This document shows positions 22,406-31,370 of a stretch of DNA of 64,000 nucleotides, in pieces (the first letter of the stretch is position 1; each line of letters begins with the position of its first letter). The stretch is taken from NCBI GenBank assembly GCA_050633245.1, contig JBOEGD010000020.1, positions 205,710 through 269,709 on the forward strand, in the 5' to 3' direction. Origin of the DNA: Calditrichia bacterium (GTDB lineage Bacteria > Calditrichota > Calditrichia > RBG-13-44-9 > J075). The notes beneath the pieces are model-generated. The model did no database searches and was not told the origin of the DNA. It saw only the letters and a program-made list of their open reading frames with translations. A program made the translations under genes and the position numbers.

Positions 22406-24298
22406 TTAGCTTTGCTTCTGAACTTCAATTGAAAAGTCTGCCCGATAACGTGCTATAACTTCCGAATTAACAATGCAGGCATTCTCTTCCCGAGAGAATT
22501 TATCTTCGTACACGAAATCGATCTGGTTTATCACCTCTGAGTTGATGACCAGCATACCGCCGAAACATAACGTTCCCCAGACTCCCGGCGGAGACACTCG
22601 ACCTTCTTTATCCAATACATAAACAGGCAAACATCCCGATGAAAACCCTCCGGAAAATCGCTTGTTAATCGTCATTGGAAGATAGGGATGCCTTGTGACG
22701 CGATCTGGTGAAAAACGCGAGATGACCTGATGCTCTATTTTCGCGTTCGGATATAGCTTCTGAAGGTCGGCGGGGTCCGCATCATCTGGATCAGAGATGC
22801 TGACTAAACGAACCTGACTACTTTCGTTCAGATGGAATTTCTCTTTGTTTAACTCCATAATAGTTGGATTTGGCTGATCTGTTGGTCGCGTATTTTCCTG
22901 GCGTAAAATAAGCACCGATTTTGAAACTAAGGCAGCCAGCGTTGGAATCAAAAGCTGGAGCAAGTTGTTATCGGTATAGCGACTACAGACATCATTTTCC
23001 TTAAGGTCGATAAACTGTATCCGGCTTGCTATACCCTGCAGCAAACGATCACTCTCGACATAAAGAAAAGCCGGTTGGTTCTCAGAGCTTGTTGGAATAA
23101 GGCAGCCGCCGGATATTTGGGGCGGTTGCGTGCCCGCTGTTTCAATGGTCACGTTGCTATCGCTGCTGCATATAACCTCGATAGTTGATTTTTGTCCGAG
23201 CACTTCCAATGTTGAGCGCACCGTCTGGTCACCCAATAACAACATTGGCTTTGCAGCTTGAATCTGATTGAGAAGCGTTTTGGGAAGATCATATGCCGGC
23301 AGGGGCAGGATAATATGTCCTGCTCTCAAAACCGCGATTGCATTCACCAGCCATTCTGTATCGCTAAATCCAACGACGCCTATGCGTGATTCGCCTGGAA
23401 GCTCTTTCGAGTTCAGCAGATGCAAAACTATATTGGTTTTTCGCTTGAACTCTGCAGAACCCATTGCCCCGCTTCCGGAATAAAGCAATGCGGCATCCTG
23501 AAATTCAAACGCCGCTTGAATTTGTTCTGCCAGGGAGCCGTCCTGCGATGTATTGCAGTGCGAATTATTCTCGATTACCAGTTGATGTTGCTCTTCGGCA
23601 GTTAACATTGGAATACTGCCAAGCTCCTGTTCCACATCATCTGAAAAATTGGCAAGCAAGCTTAAGAAATGCACGTTCATTTGGCGAATAATTGCATGTG
23701 AAAAGCGATTGTTATCATAGAGAAACTCTGCACTTATTCCATCGAAGTCGATAACGACCCGCAAGCATATATCTGTTTTCTCAATTTGTTCTTCAATAAT
23801 CTGAGGCGATAGCTCCTGCCGTTCTACACGCGTCTTATCTTGCATGAGAAACATGGTATTGAACAACGCTGAGTCCTTGATCCCCAGCTCTTTTTCCAAG
23901 GTGTCCATTGGTAGGTTTTGATGAGAAATTGCTTCGAGAAGAGTCGTTTCTTCCAACGAGAGGAGTTCGGTAGTCGTCATCTCGGAAGATAGCTGGCTGC
24001 GCAGCATCAATAGTGTATTTGTAAAGGTCGCTACTGTTAAGTCGGTAGAGCCGCTATAGCGCATCAGAAAGAGTTTAAATGTTGCAAGAATTGCAACGAA
24101 TAATGTGGTATTGCATTCATTAGAGAGCTGCTGTAGTGAATTGCCTACAGCTCGGGGAATCATAAATGGCTTTCGTCCCACTTTATAGTCTCTTGAGGGA
24201 TCGGAAGCTTGTTGATCGACGGGTAATGGCAAAAAACCGTTTGTACCAGCAAGTTTCTTTTTCCAATATGATAAATGAACATCATGTTCAGTATGCAC
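22406..24298 (-). CDS. Degenerate NRPS-like fragment (C-terminal half of a condensation domain + degenerate adenylation core)
   Basis: YWKKKLAG..LPLPVD, TTLFVAILA, FTNTL, HQNLP; A6-like PGVWGTLCFGG. Lacks HHxxxDG, the P-loop and a carrier domain. GTG start at 24298 with AAGGAG RBS. Confidence 0.75.
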   Translation of the reverse strand: MHTEHDVHLSYWKKKLAGTNGFLPLPVDQQASDPSRDYKVGRKPFMIPRAVGNSLQQLSNECNTTLFVAILATFKLFLMRYSGSTDLTVATFTNTLLMLRSQLSSEMTTTELLSLEETTLLEAISHQNLPMDTLEKELGIKDSALFNTMFLMQDKTRVERQELSPQIIEEQIEKTDICLRVVIDFDGISAEFLYDNNRFSHAIIRQMNVHFLSLLANFSDDVEQELGSIPMLTAEEQHQLVIENNSHCNTSQDGSLAEQIQAAFEFQDAALLYSGSGAMGSAEFKRKTNIVLHLLNSKELPGESRIGVVGFSDTEWLVNAIAVLRAGHIILPLPAYDLPKTLLNQIQAAKPMLLLGDQTVRSTLEVLGQKSTIEVICSSDSNVTIETAGTQPPQISGGCLIPTSSENQPAFLYVESDRLLQGIASRIQFIDLKENDVCSRYTDNNLLQLLIPTLAALVSKSVLILRQENTRPTDQPNPTIMELNKEKFHLNESSQVRLVSISDPDDADPADLQKLYPNAKIEHQVISRFSPDRVTRHPYLPMTINKRFSGGFSSGCLPVYVLDKEGRVSPPGVWGTLCFGGMLVINSEVINQIDFVYEDKFSREENACIVNSEVIARYRADFSIEVQKQS

Positions 24299-24611
24299 AA
24301 TTCTTCTCCTTGAATATGTTGCTCGCTTCCTTGCGTGCGTTGTCCTGCATAAAATACGCCGAAGTTTCTGATGGCTTTGGTGATGGGAGGACGCAGGTGT
24401 GTACAAAGATCGATAGATACGTTTTGGGTGTATCAACCGTAAATAAACCTATCGGTATTTTACTTTTTTCGGTGTGATATATTAAGTAATTGAGTATTAT
24501 TATTTTTAAACTTACCCAAATTGCTTTAGGTCACTCAGTCATCCTGCCACAACATGCTTTTATGGCGAACGAAAGGCTGAAATACTACGAAATAATGCGA
24601 ACGGATGTGTA

Positions 24612-25400
24612 ATGAAACAGTTCTTTTCTTTTCTGCTAACGCTGGCTGTCGGACTGGCATTTTATTATCTCGTCTACCTCCAGCCGGGCACTGATGATTC
24701 GTTGGAAACGCAATTTATGATGGATATTCCCACCATCTTTCGCAGTCCTGGTGGAGACCTGGAGGTTGCTGCTTTTAAGACGACCGAGGGATTAAGCCGG
24801 ACCACGATAGCGAAACTGCCGTTTTCTGATTGGGAGATTCCCGGCACGCGAACAATTACCGAAATTCAGATTCCTGTTACCTATCGCTATCATGTACGGA
24901 TGCGAGAAAACTGGAATATAGAATTAAGAAATGGTGTGTGCCTGGTATCCGCTCCCAAGATGCGTCCTACGTTGCCCCCGGCTGTTCATACCGATCAGAT
25001 GCGTATTTACTCAGACGAGGGTCTATTTGCATGGGATGGGCAAGCTGAGCTACAGCGCATGTTTCACGAATTGACACCAACGTTTGAAGAAAACGCTTCT
25101 TCCGATCGCAACCTGGAATTGATTCGCGATGAAGCGCGTGAGACGGTTGCGGAATTTGTGCAGGCCTGGCTGATCGATCGGGGAGAGTGGAACCGCCAGA
25201 ACGTTGAAGTTATTACCGTCGTTTTTGCCGGTGAACCGGAATACGATGCGGCGTCGCGCAGACCGACACTCACCTTGCGTAATCGCAGCACAAATGAAAA
25301 CCAGCCATTAAAGAATACGCCTAAAAAGAAAGCTCCCAAAAAGAAGAAAAAAGAAGAGGAGTATATTGACGGTGTTCCGGTGGGGCCTTTTAAGAAGTAG
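24612..25400 (+). CDS. Hypothetical membrane-anchored protein (possibly DUF4230-like) with Lys-rich tail
   Basis: N-terminal TM, 262-aa ORF, PKKKAPKKKKK tail; family assignment tentative. Confidence 0.7.
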   Translation: MKQFFSFLLTLAVGLAFYYLVYLQPGTDDSLETQFMMDIPTIFRSPGGDLEVAAFKTTEGLSRTTIAKLPFSDWEIPGTRTITEIQIPVTYRYHVRMRENWNIELRNGVCLVSAPKMRPTLPPAVHTDQMRIYSDEGLFAWDGQAELQRMFHELTPTFEENASSDRNLELIRDEARETVAEFVQAWLIDRGEWNRQNVEVITVVFAGEPEYDAASRRPTLTLRNRSTNENQPLKNTPKKKAPKKKKKEEEYIDGVPVGPFKK

Positions 25401-25601
25401 GCAGGTGTCAGGAGATTGCTTACTATTTGGAGAAAACTATACCAGGAGCCATTTCCAAAAAAAAGAAAATTTACATTCTTTTGAAAAAATATTCAGAATT
25501 CACATAGCCGTGGAGAATGACTAAAAAAGGGCTCCTGGAAATATCCAGACTGGAATTGGGAAGTGCCCCCTCAATTAACCTAATTAGTAAAGGACATTAC
25601 T

Positions 25602-26339
25602 ATGAGAAAAACTTTTTATTCACGGCTATGTTTTTTGTCGATGCTATTGTTCATCTTCGTCGGGTGCTCGGAGGAGGCGAGTATAACCGGAACTCAAGAT
25701 GAAAAGGCAAGTCAGATAGGAACACCACCAATTGCATTGAGCGCGACAACAACTCTTAGTTCCGGAACGAGCTCAGATCTGGATTACTACAGTGCTCCCT
25801 CTGGGTATAGTATTACTCCAGGAAAGACTGCTAATGATATTGTCGGAATGGCAATTGCACCCTCAACGTCGCGAGTGTATACCTGGTATGATGATCGCGA
25901 GGTCACTTCTGGAAATACTGCCGATCTGGATAAATTCAATTCGCCCTACGGCTATAGCCTGCCCCCGGGATATGACCCTGACGATATCGTTGCGATGGCA
26001 ATTGCAAAATCAAACTCGCGCGTTTACGTTTGGTATAGTAACGGAAAGGTCAGCTCAGGAACGACCAGCGATCTGGACTATTATGCATCCCCCTACACGT
26101 ATACTCTACCATCAGGTTATACAACCAGCCAGATTGTAGGCGCTGCCATAGCACCAAACGATCGGGTTTATGTTTGGTATAGCAATTACAATGTTAGCTC
26201 TGGGACGACAAGTGATTTGGACTATTATAATTCGCCATATGGCTACAGTGTAGCAGCTGGTGGATATACTACCTCAAATGTTGTGGGAATGGGAATTGCC
26301 CCCTCGAACAGTCGCTGTTATGCCTGGTATAATCAATAA
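25602..26339 (+). CDS. Lipoprotein with four ~48-aa tandem repeats (putative small beta-propeller)
   Basis: AAGGA RBS, lipobox FVGC; four copies of SSGTxxDLDxxxxPxxYxxxxGxxxxxIVxMAIAxxxxRVYxWY. Confidence 0.85.
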   Translation: MRKTFYSRLCFLSMLLFIFVGCSEEASITGTQDEKASQIGTPPIALSATTTLSSGTSSDLDYYSAPSGYSITPGKTANDIVGMAIAPSTSRVYTWYDDREVTSGNTADLDKFNSPYGYSLPPGYDPDDIVAMAIAKSNSRVYVWYSNGKVSSGTTSDLDYYASPYTYTLPSGYTTSQIVGAAIAPNDRVYVWYSNYNVSSGTTSDLDYYNSPYGYSVAAGGYTTSNVVGMGIAPSNSRCYAWYNQ

Positions 26340-26533
26340 AGAACGGGTGATTTGGCGGCAATTGTAGAGTGCTTTTAAATTATGCTATAGGTAAAAACAC
26401 TATACTTTGCCGCCAGGTGCCATATAAGACTGGGGTATTAGTTGGGCGAGTGGGCTATAAATTTCACTCAAATTCTTACTTCAACTTTAATGAGTTGTTT
26501 TTCGTCCGCCTTCTGACAACCAAGCGAACTGCC

Positions 26534-26902
26534 TTATACGTATGGCCAAAATACCACCCCCCCAACAATCGCAGCAGTAATTGCCGCAATCAGAACACCT
26601 GCGGCGGCTACATCTTTGGCATGGCCAATTAGCGGATGTTGCTCAAGCGAAACAGCATTGCCTAAAAACTCTATTGCCGTATTCAGTGCCTCGGCCATCC
26701 ATACCAGCCCTATTGCCAAAATCAGAATTAACCATTCTGTCTGATTCACCTGCAAATACCAGCCGAGGACAAGTACCAGAATTGATGCAGCAGCGTGAAC
26801 TCGGCAGTTGTGCTGTGTGGTTATTAGCGTGTAAACTCCCTTAAAGGCAAAGCGGAAACTTCTTATCCGCGCCATTAAAGAAAAGGGCTCATTTTGCTGC
26901 AT
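26534..26902 (-). CDS. Diacylglycerol/undecaprenol kinase family protein
   Basis: SFRFAFKG, EALNTAIE, AKDVAAAGV motifs. Confidence 0.9.
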   Translation of the reverse strand: MQQNEPFSLMARIRSFRFAFKGVYTLITTQHNCRVHAAASILVLVLGWYLQVNQTEWLILILAIGLVWMAEALNTAIEFLGNAVSLEQHPLIGHAKDVAAAGVLIAAITAAIVGGVVFWPYV

Positions 26903-27971
26903 CTGGAATTTGCTCTTGTTTTAATCCGGTATATTCTACAAAAGATTTATCTCCCTTAACCCGACGATATAATTTGGAAAAACTCTCCCCAATATTGTTA
27001 AAAGAAGGCTCAGGGCGATGAAAGTCAACAATTTCGTTGCTTCCATCCTCTGCTCTGTCGAGAAAAAACTGAAATACATACTGGCCTTCAGTGGAGGTCC
27101 AGGCATCCGATCTGCCGAAGCGCAGATCGGATAGAATCAGCTCATCATTCTCTTTCCGTACTGTATAGAAACCATGTGAAAACCACAGCAGGCGTTTCAC
27201 CGGAAGGTCATTGAGGTTTTTCGCGATCAGGTCAGTGTTTTTTGGGACACGATGAAACGTAATATCTTTATCGCTATCCAGAAAGGAATAATTACCGATC
27301 CAAACACTGTCTTCATTTGCTGCTGCTCCCATCCACATAATGGTATTAAGAGGAGACGCCGTAGTCATAATCTGACTATAGGGAATGTTTTGCTGCTGCA
27401 ATGCCGTTTCGAAATTCGACTGTGCTTTAATCCGCAACGTACTCGCGAGTAGCAAATACGATGTACTGATTGCCAACAATGTCGCCACAATCTTAAAGCG
27501 CTGTGGATTATTGCGTTGCAAACGCAGGATTAGTATCAAGCCTGCCAGCAGCGGCAGGGTATAAAGCGGATCGATAATAAATATTGCGCCCGTGCCGAAC
27601 AGCTCGTCTGAAAAGGGGTTTAGAAACTGCGTTCCGTAGATCGTAAACATATCCAGAAGCGGGTGCGTCAGCAGCGCCCAATACATCAGCCACCCCCACT
27701 CCCGCCAGGATGCTTCCGGTTTTTTGCGGTAGAGCTTAGCGATTAGCCATCCGAAAAGGGGGGCAAAAAGAAGCGAAAAAAATACGGAATGGGTAAAGCC
27801 ACGATGGATTACCAGCATGTTCACATCGGAAGCAAAGGGGGTCGCTAAAACATCCAGATCCGGAATAGTTCCACCGATTGCTCCCCAGAGTAACGCTTTA
27901 TTGCCGACTTTTCGTCCTAATACAACTTCACCTACCGCTGCTCCGAGTGCTATTTGAGTAATTGTATCCAT
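26889..27971 (-). CDS. Membrane-bound metal-dependent hydrolase (YdjM/YbcI-like)
   Basis: MDTITQ, PDLD, HRGFTHS, THPLLD..T.YG, FIIDP. Confidence 0.88.
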   Translation of the reverse strand: MDTITQIALGAAVGEVVLGRKVGNKALLWGAIGGTIPDLDVLATPFASDVNMLVIHRGFTHSVFFSLLFAPLFGWLIAKLYRKKPEASWREWGWLMYWALLTHPLLDMFTIYGTQFLNPFSDELFGTGAIFIIDPLYTLPLLAGLILILRLQRNNPQRFKIVATLLAISTSYLLLASTLRIKAQSNFETALQQQNIPYSQIMTTASPLNTIMWMGAAANEDSVWIGNYSFLDSDKDITFHRVPKNTDLIAKNLNDLPVKRLLWFSHGFYTVRKENDELILSDLRFGRSDAWTSTEGQYVFQFFLDRAEDGSNEIVDFHRPEPSFNNIGESFSKLYRRVKGDKSFVEYTGLKQEQIPDAAK

Positions 27972-28113
27972 ATATAGTTGTTTCCAGAGTGATCAATAAT
28001 GTGGTCAATGCTATAATGTAACCAGTCGGCTCGTCATATTTTATTGCAGCAAGTTAGAAAGCATTTGATGAATTGAAAAGCGAAGAGTTACACATTTTAC
28101 AAGGCGTGACCAC

Positions 28114-28222
28114 AATAAATGAGCCGGTGACCCAGGATCGGTCACCGGCTCCACCCTAACTATCCTCTATGAGGAAGTTTGTTGATCGGCATGTCTGCAC
28201 GATCGTCTAGATAATGCCCCTA
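28114..28222 (-). ncRNA. Candidate small RNA between a sigma28-like promoter and a 12-bp hairpin terminator
   Basis: Promoter match at 28229-28255 (minus); perfect hairpin at 28121-28151 followed by ATTTATT; no ORF with an RBS. Boundaries inferred. Confidence 0.35.
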
Positions 28223-28228
28223 CAGTAA

Positions 28229-28255
28229 CTATCGGCAAAATCCTTCAGAGCTTTT
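28229..28255 (-). promoter_or_regulatory. Sigma28 (FliA/SigD)-like promoter
   Basis: AAAA-N15-GCCGATAG on the minus strand (consensus TAAA-N15-GCCGATAA). Confidence 0.5.
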
Positions 28256-28292
28256 GTTATTTTGTCCGGTTTTTTAGACGAAATCCGACATT

Positions 28293-28332
28293 TTTACCAT
28301 TGCTGCAACAATCTCGTAATACAACTGTAACG
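28293..28332 (+). promoter_or_regulatory. Pho-box-like direct repeats with 11-bp period
   Basis: TTTACCA / TGCAACA / CGTAATA / TGTAACG start at 28293, 28304, 28315 and 28326, upstream of a TonB receptor and glpQ. Confidence 0.55.
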
Positions 28333-28417
28333 TACTGCTAGCTAGCTTCCTCTGTTTTGAAATAAGACTGTTAATGATTTCAAGAAGTTTTACTCATACA
28401 TGATTATTGGAGGATTT

Positions 28418-31204
28418 ATGTTAAGAAGTGTTACGATAAAAACCGTGCTTGGAATGCTGTTGTTTTTCAGCATTGCGCAAGCACAAACCGGTGCATTGAA
28501 CGGCCGTGTGTTGGATGCAGAAGATCAACTGCCTCTGGCCGGTGCCAACGTTTCGATTCCGACTTTAACGATTGGAGCGACAACAGGTGGAAATGGAGAA
28601 TTCCAAATTCTGAATATCCCGGAAGGAACCTATGATGTTGTTGTCGATTATCTTGGTTATCAGACATCATCACGTCCCCTCGAAATTTCTGCTGATCTGA
28701 CGACTAACGCGCGCTTCGAGCTGTCTTCGGGAATTGTTGACGGTGAAGAGGTTGTGGTACTGGGTGAACGTTTGAAAGGACAGGCAAAAGCGTTGAATGT
28801 TCAGCGCAGCAATACAAATATTTCTAACATCGTTTCTTCTGATCAGGTTGGAAAATTTGCTGACTCGAATATTGGTGATGCGTTAAAGCGTGTTCCGGCA
28901 ATTACCGTAAACTACGATCAGGGTGAAGCCCGTTTTGCAAACATTCGTGGAACTGAGCCTCGATTAAATTCCATTATGATTAACGGTGAGCGCCTGCCTT
29001 CTGCCGAAGGTGAAATTCGCGCCGTGCAGCTAGACCTGATTCCAGCCGAAGTTATTCAGAGCATTGAAGTGTTTAAGGCTGTTACTCCTGATATGGAAGC
29101 AGACGCGATTGGCGGTGCGGTGAATTTGATTACACGTCAGGCACCGATTCAGCGTCGTATTTCCGGAACATTGGGAAGTGGATACAATGTGTTGCGCGAA
29201 GAGCCTTTAGCTTCCGCTGCAGGAATTCTGGCAAATCGCTATGGCGATCGCAATCAGTTCGGCGTCGTGCTGAGTGGTTCTTATAATGACAATCGCTTTG
29301 GTTCTGATAATACGGAAGGCGAGTGGGACGAAGATGACGGTGAAATTTTTGTAGATGAGTGGGATGTACGCCGCTACGACCTTCGCCGTCTCCGCCGCAG
29401 TGCCTCACTCTCGATGGACTATCAGTTGAACCCTCGCAATACCTTTTATGCCAAGGGGATTTTCAATATTCGCAAAGACTGGGAAAATCGCTTTCGCTAC
29501 CGCGTAGGTCTGGATTCCATTCGTCCCGACGGAGCTTATATAATGGAAATTCGTCGACAGACGAAAGGCGGTATTGACACCGATGAGATCGACAATAAGC
29601 GTCTGGAAGATCAGCGCACTTACAATATGTCTTTTTCCGGCGATCACATTATCGGAAAAGATATCAAGCTGAACTGGCTTGGTGCATACTCAAAGGCTTC
29701 GGAAGAACGCCCAAATGAACGCTATATCAGCTGGCGAAATAGAGATGTACCGTTTATTTGGGATTTCTCCGATCTGGAAGCGCCATTGTTTAGCGCGGCA
29801 AATGCCTCGGATGTTGAACCGGGAGAGTTTAGCCTTCGTGAGATTACGGAAGAGAATCAGTATACCGATGAGCAGGATTTTACCGTACGCATGGATGTTG
29901 AAGTACCTGGTATATCCACTGGTGCGAACAAAAATTCCATGAAGTTTGGACTTCGCCATAAGAGTAAAGACAAGCGTCGTGAAAATAACTTTTTCGAATT
30001 CGAGCCGGTTGGTGATCGTTTCGATGACTTCTCTCAAGTTGTTTTTTCCGATCAGACAGATGAAGGATTCGAGCCGGGAGCTTATGAAATTGGTGATTTT
30101 ACCACTCCTGAGCTGCTTGGATCTTTAGATTTAGATGATCCGAATCAATTCGAGAAGACAGATTTACCAGAAGAGTATGCAGCTGCAAACTATTCAGCTG
30201 AAGAAGATATTACCGCAGCATATGCCATGATTAATCAAAATATCGGTAGCAAGTTATTGCTTATCGGCGGTGTGCGTGTTGAAGCAACCGACATTAAGTA
30301 TCGCGGTTTCGAGTATGATGAAAACACCGAAGCTGTGACTGCCACCGATGGTAACGATCAGTACATCAATGTTTTGCCAGGATTTCATGCCCGCTATGAA
30401 CTAACAGATCGCACGATACTACGAGGCGCCTGGACGAATACATTGGCTCGCCCCAACTATTATCAGCTGGTTCCATATCGTGCAGTCGCTGAAGACTTTG
30501 AAGAACTTGAGGCTGGAAACCCGGAGCTGGATCCTACTACTTCAATGAACTTCGACTTCATGGCTGAGCACTATTTTGCATCGGTTGGTCTGATTTCAGC
30601 CGGGGTGTTTTACAAAGACATTGATGACTTTATTTTTACAAATGTTACTGAAGACTATGTCGATCCGGTTACCGGAAACACATTTGATGAGTTCTTTCAG
30701 CCGTTGAATGGGGCCAGTGCCTCGCTGCTTGGTTTTGAGTTTGCCTTCCAGCGTCAGCTGGGTTTTCTCCCTGGCATATTAGGTAATCTTGGTTTGTATT
30801 CAAACTATACTTACACCACTTCCGAGGCCGACAACCCGGAGTTCCGTGCCGAAGCAGATAGCGATGAGAAAATTGATCTGCCGGGAACGGCTCCTCATAC
30901 CTTGAACCTTGCTTTGAATTACAATGGAAAGCGCCTGCTGCTTGGCGCATCGTTTAATTATACCAGTGATTATCTCGATCCGGATGCGTTGGATCTTACT
31001 CCTGGCCTGGAGCGCTTCTATGATGAGGTAACTTATCTGGATGTAAACGGTTCGTTCAAGTTTAGCGAGCAGCTGCGTTTGTTTGTTGAAGCCAATAACC
31101 TGCTGAACCAGCCGCTGCGTTATTATGCCGGCGATCCGTCAAGAACGTATCAGGCGGAATACTATCAGACCAAGTTTAATGTGGGTCTGAAGTTTGATAT
31201 GTAA
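28418..31204 (+). CDS. TonB-dependent receptor
   Basis: GGAGG RBS; signal peptide; plug NIGDALKRVP...IRG...DAIGGAVNL; GNPELDP; C-terminal beta-signal. Confidence 0.93.
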   Translation: MLRSVTIKTVLGMLLFFSIAQAQTGALNGRVLDAEDQLPLAGANVSIPTLTIGATTGGNGEFQILNIPEGTYDVVVDYLGYQTSSRPLEISADLTTNARFELSSGIVDGEEVVVLGERLKGQAKALNVQRSNTNISNIVSSDQVGKFADSNIGDALKRVPAITVNYDQGEARFANIRGTEPRLNSIMINGERLPSAEGEIRAVQLDLIPAEVIQSIEVFKAVTPDMEADAIGGAVNLITRQAPIQRRISGTLGSGYNVLREEPLASAAGILANRYGDRNQFGVVLSGSYNDNRFGSDNTEGEWDEDDGEIFVDEWDVRRYDLRRLRRSASLSMDYQLNPRNTFYAKGIFNIRKDWENRFRYRVGLDSIRPDGAYIMEIRRQTKGGIDTDEIDNKRLEDQRTYNMSFSGDHIIGKDIKLNWLGAYSKASEERPNERYISWRNRDVPFIWDFSDLEAPLFSAANASDVEPGEFSLREITEENQYTDEQDFTVRMDVEVPGISTGANKNSMKFGLRHKSKDKRRENNFFEFEPVGDRFDDFSQVVFSDQTDEGFEPGAYEIGDFTTPELLGSLDLDDPNQFEKTDLPEEYAAANYSAEEDITAAYAMINQNIGSKLLLIGGVRVEATDIKYRGFEYDENTEAVTATDGNDQYINVLPGFHARYELTDRTILRGAWTNTLARPNYYQLVPYRAVAEDFEELEAGNPELDPTTSMNFDFMAEHYFASVGLISAGVFYKDIDDFIFTNVTEDYVDPVTGNTFDEFFQPLNGASASLLGFEFAFQRQLGFLPGILGNLGLYSNYTYTTSEADNPEFRAEADSDEKIDLPGTAPHTLNLALNYNGKRLLLGASFNYTSDYLDPDALDLTPGLERFYDEVTYLDVNGSFKFSEQLRLFVEANNLLNQPLRYYAGDPSRTYQAEYYQTKFNVGLKFDM

Positions 31205-31216
31205 ATCGTGCTTTAT

Positions 31217-31257
31217 AAAAAAAGGGCCGCCCCGATTATCGGAGCGGCCCTTTTTTT
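31217..31257 (+). terminator. Intrinsic (bidirectional-type) terminator
   Basis: A7-GGGCCGC...GCGGCCC-T7. Confidence 0.88.
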
Positions 31258-31370
31258 ATGCTAAAAAGCGAATGTTTCCTCTATATTTTTTTGATACGAA
31301 TTTCTTTTGTGCTTCCACTTCATGCTGTGTAATTTATGCTGTCTGAAGCCAATGAAAACAAAGGGGAAAT

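Noticed and set aside
24449-24480. Sigma28 promoter for the NRPS-like fragment
   Set aside because: ACCGATAG resembles the -10 box, but there is no TAAA-like -35 at 15-16 nt spacing.
25442-25538. 9-bp inverted repeat CCAGGAGCC/GGCTCCTGG as a MITE
   Set aside because: Too short, no target-site duplication evident, and no second copy in the window.
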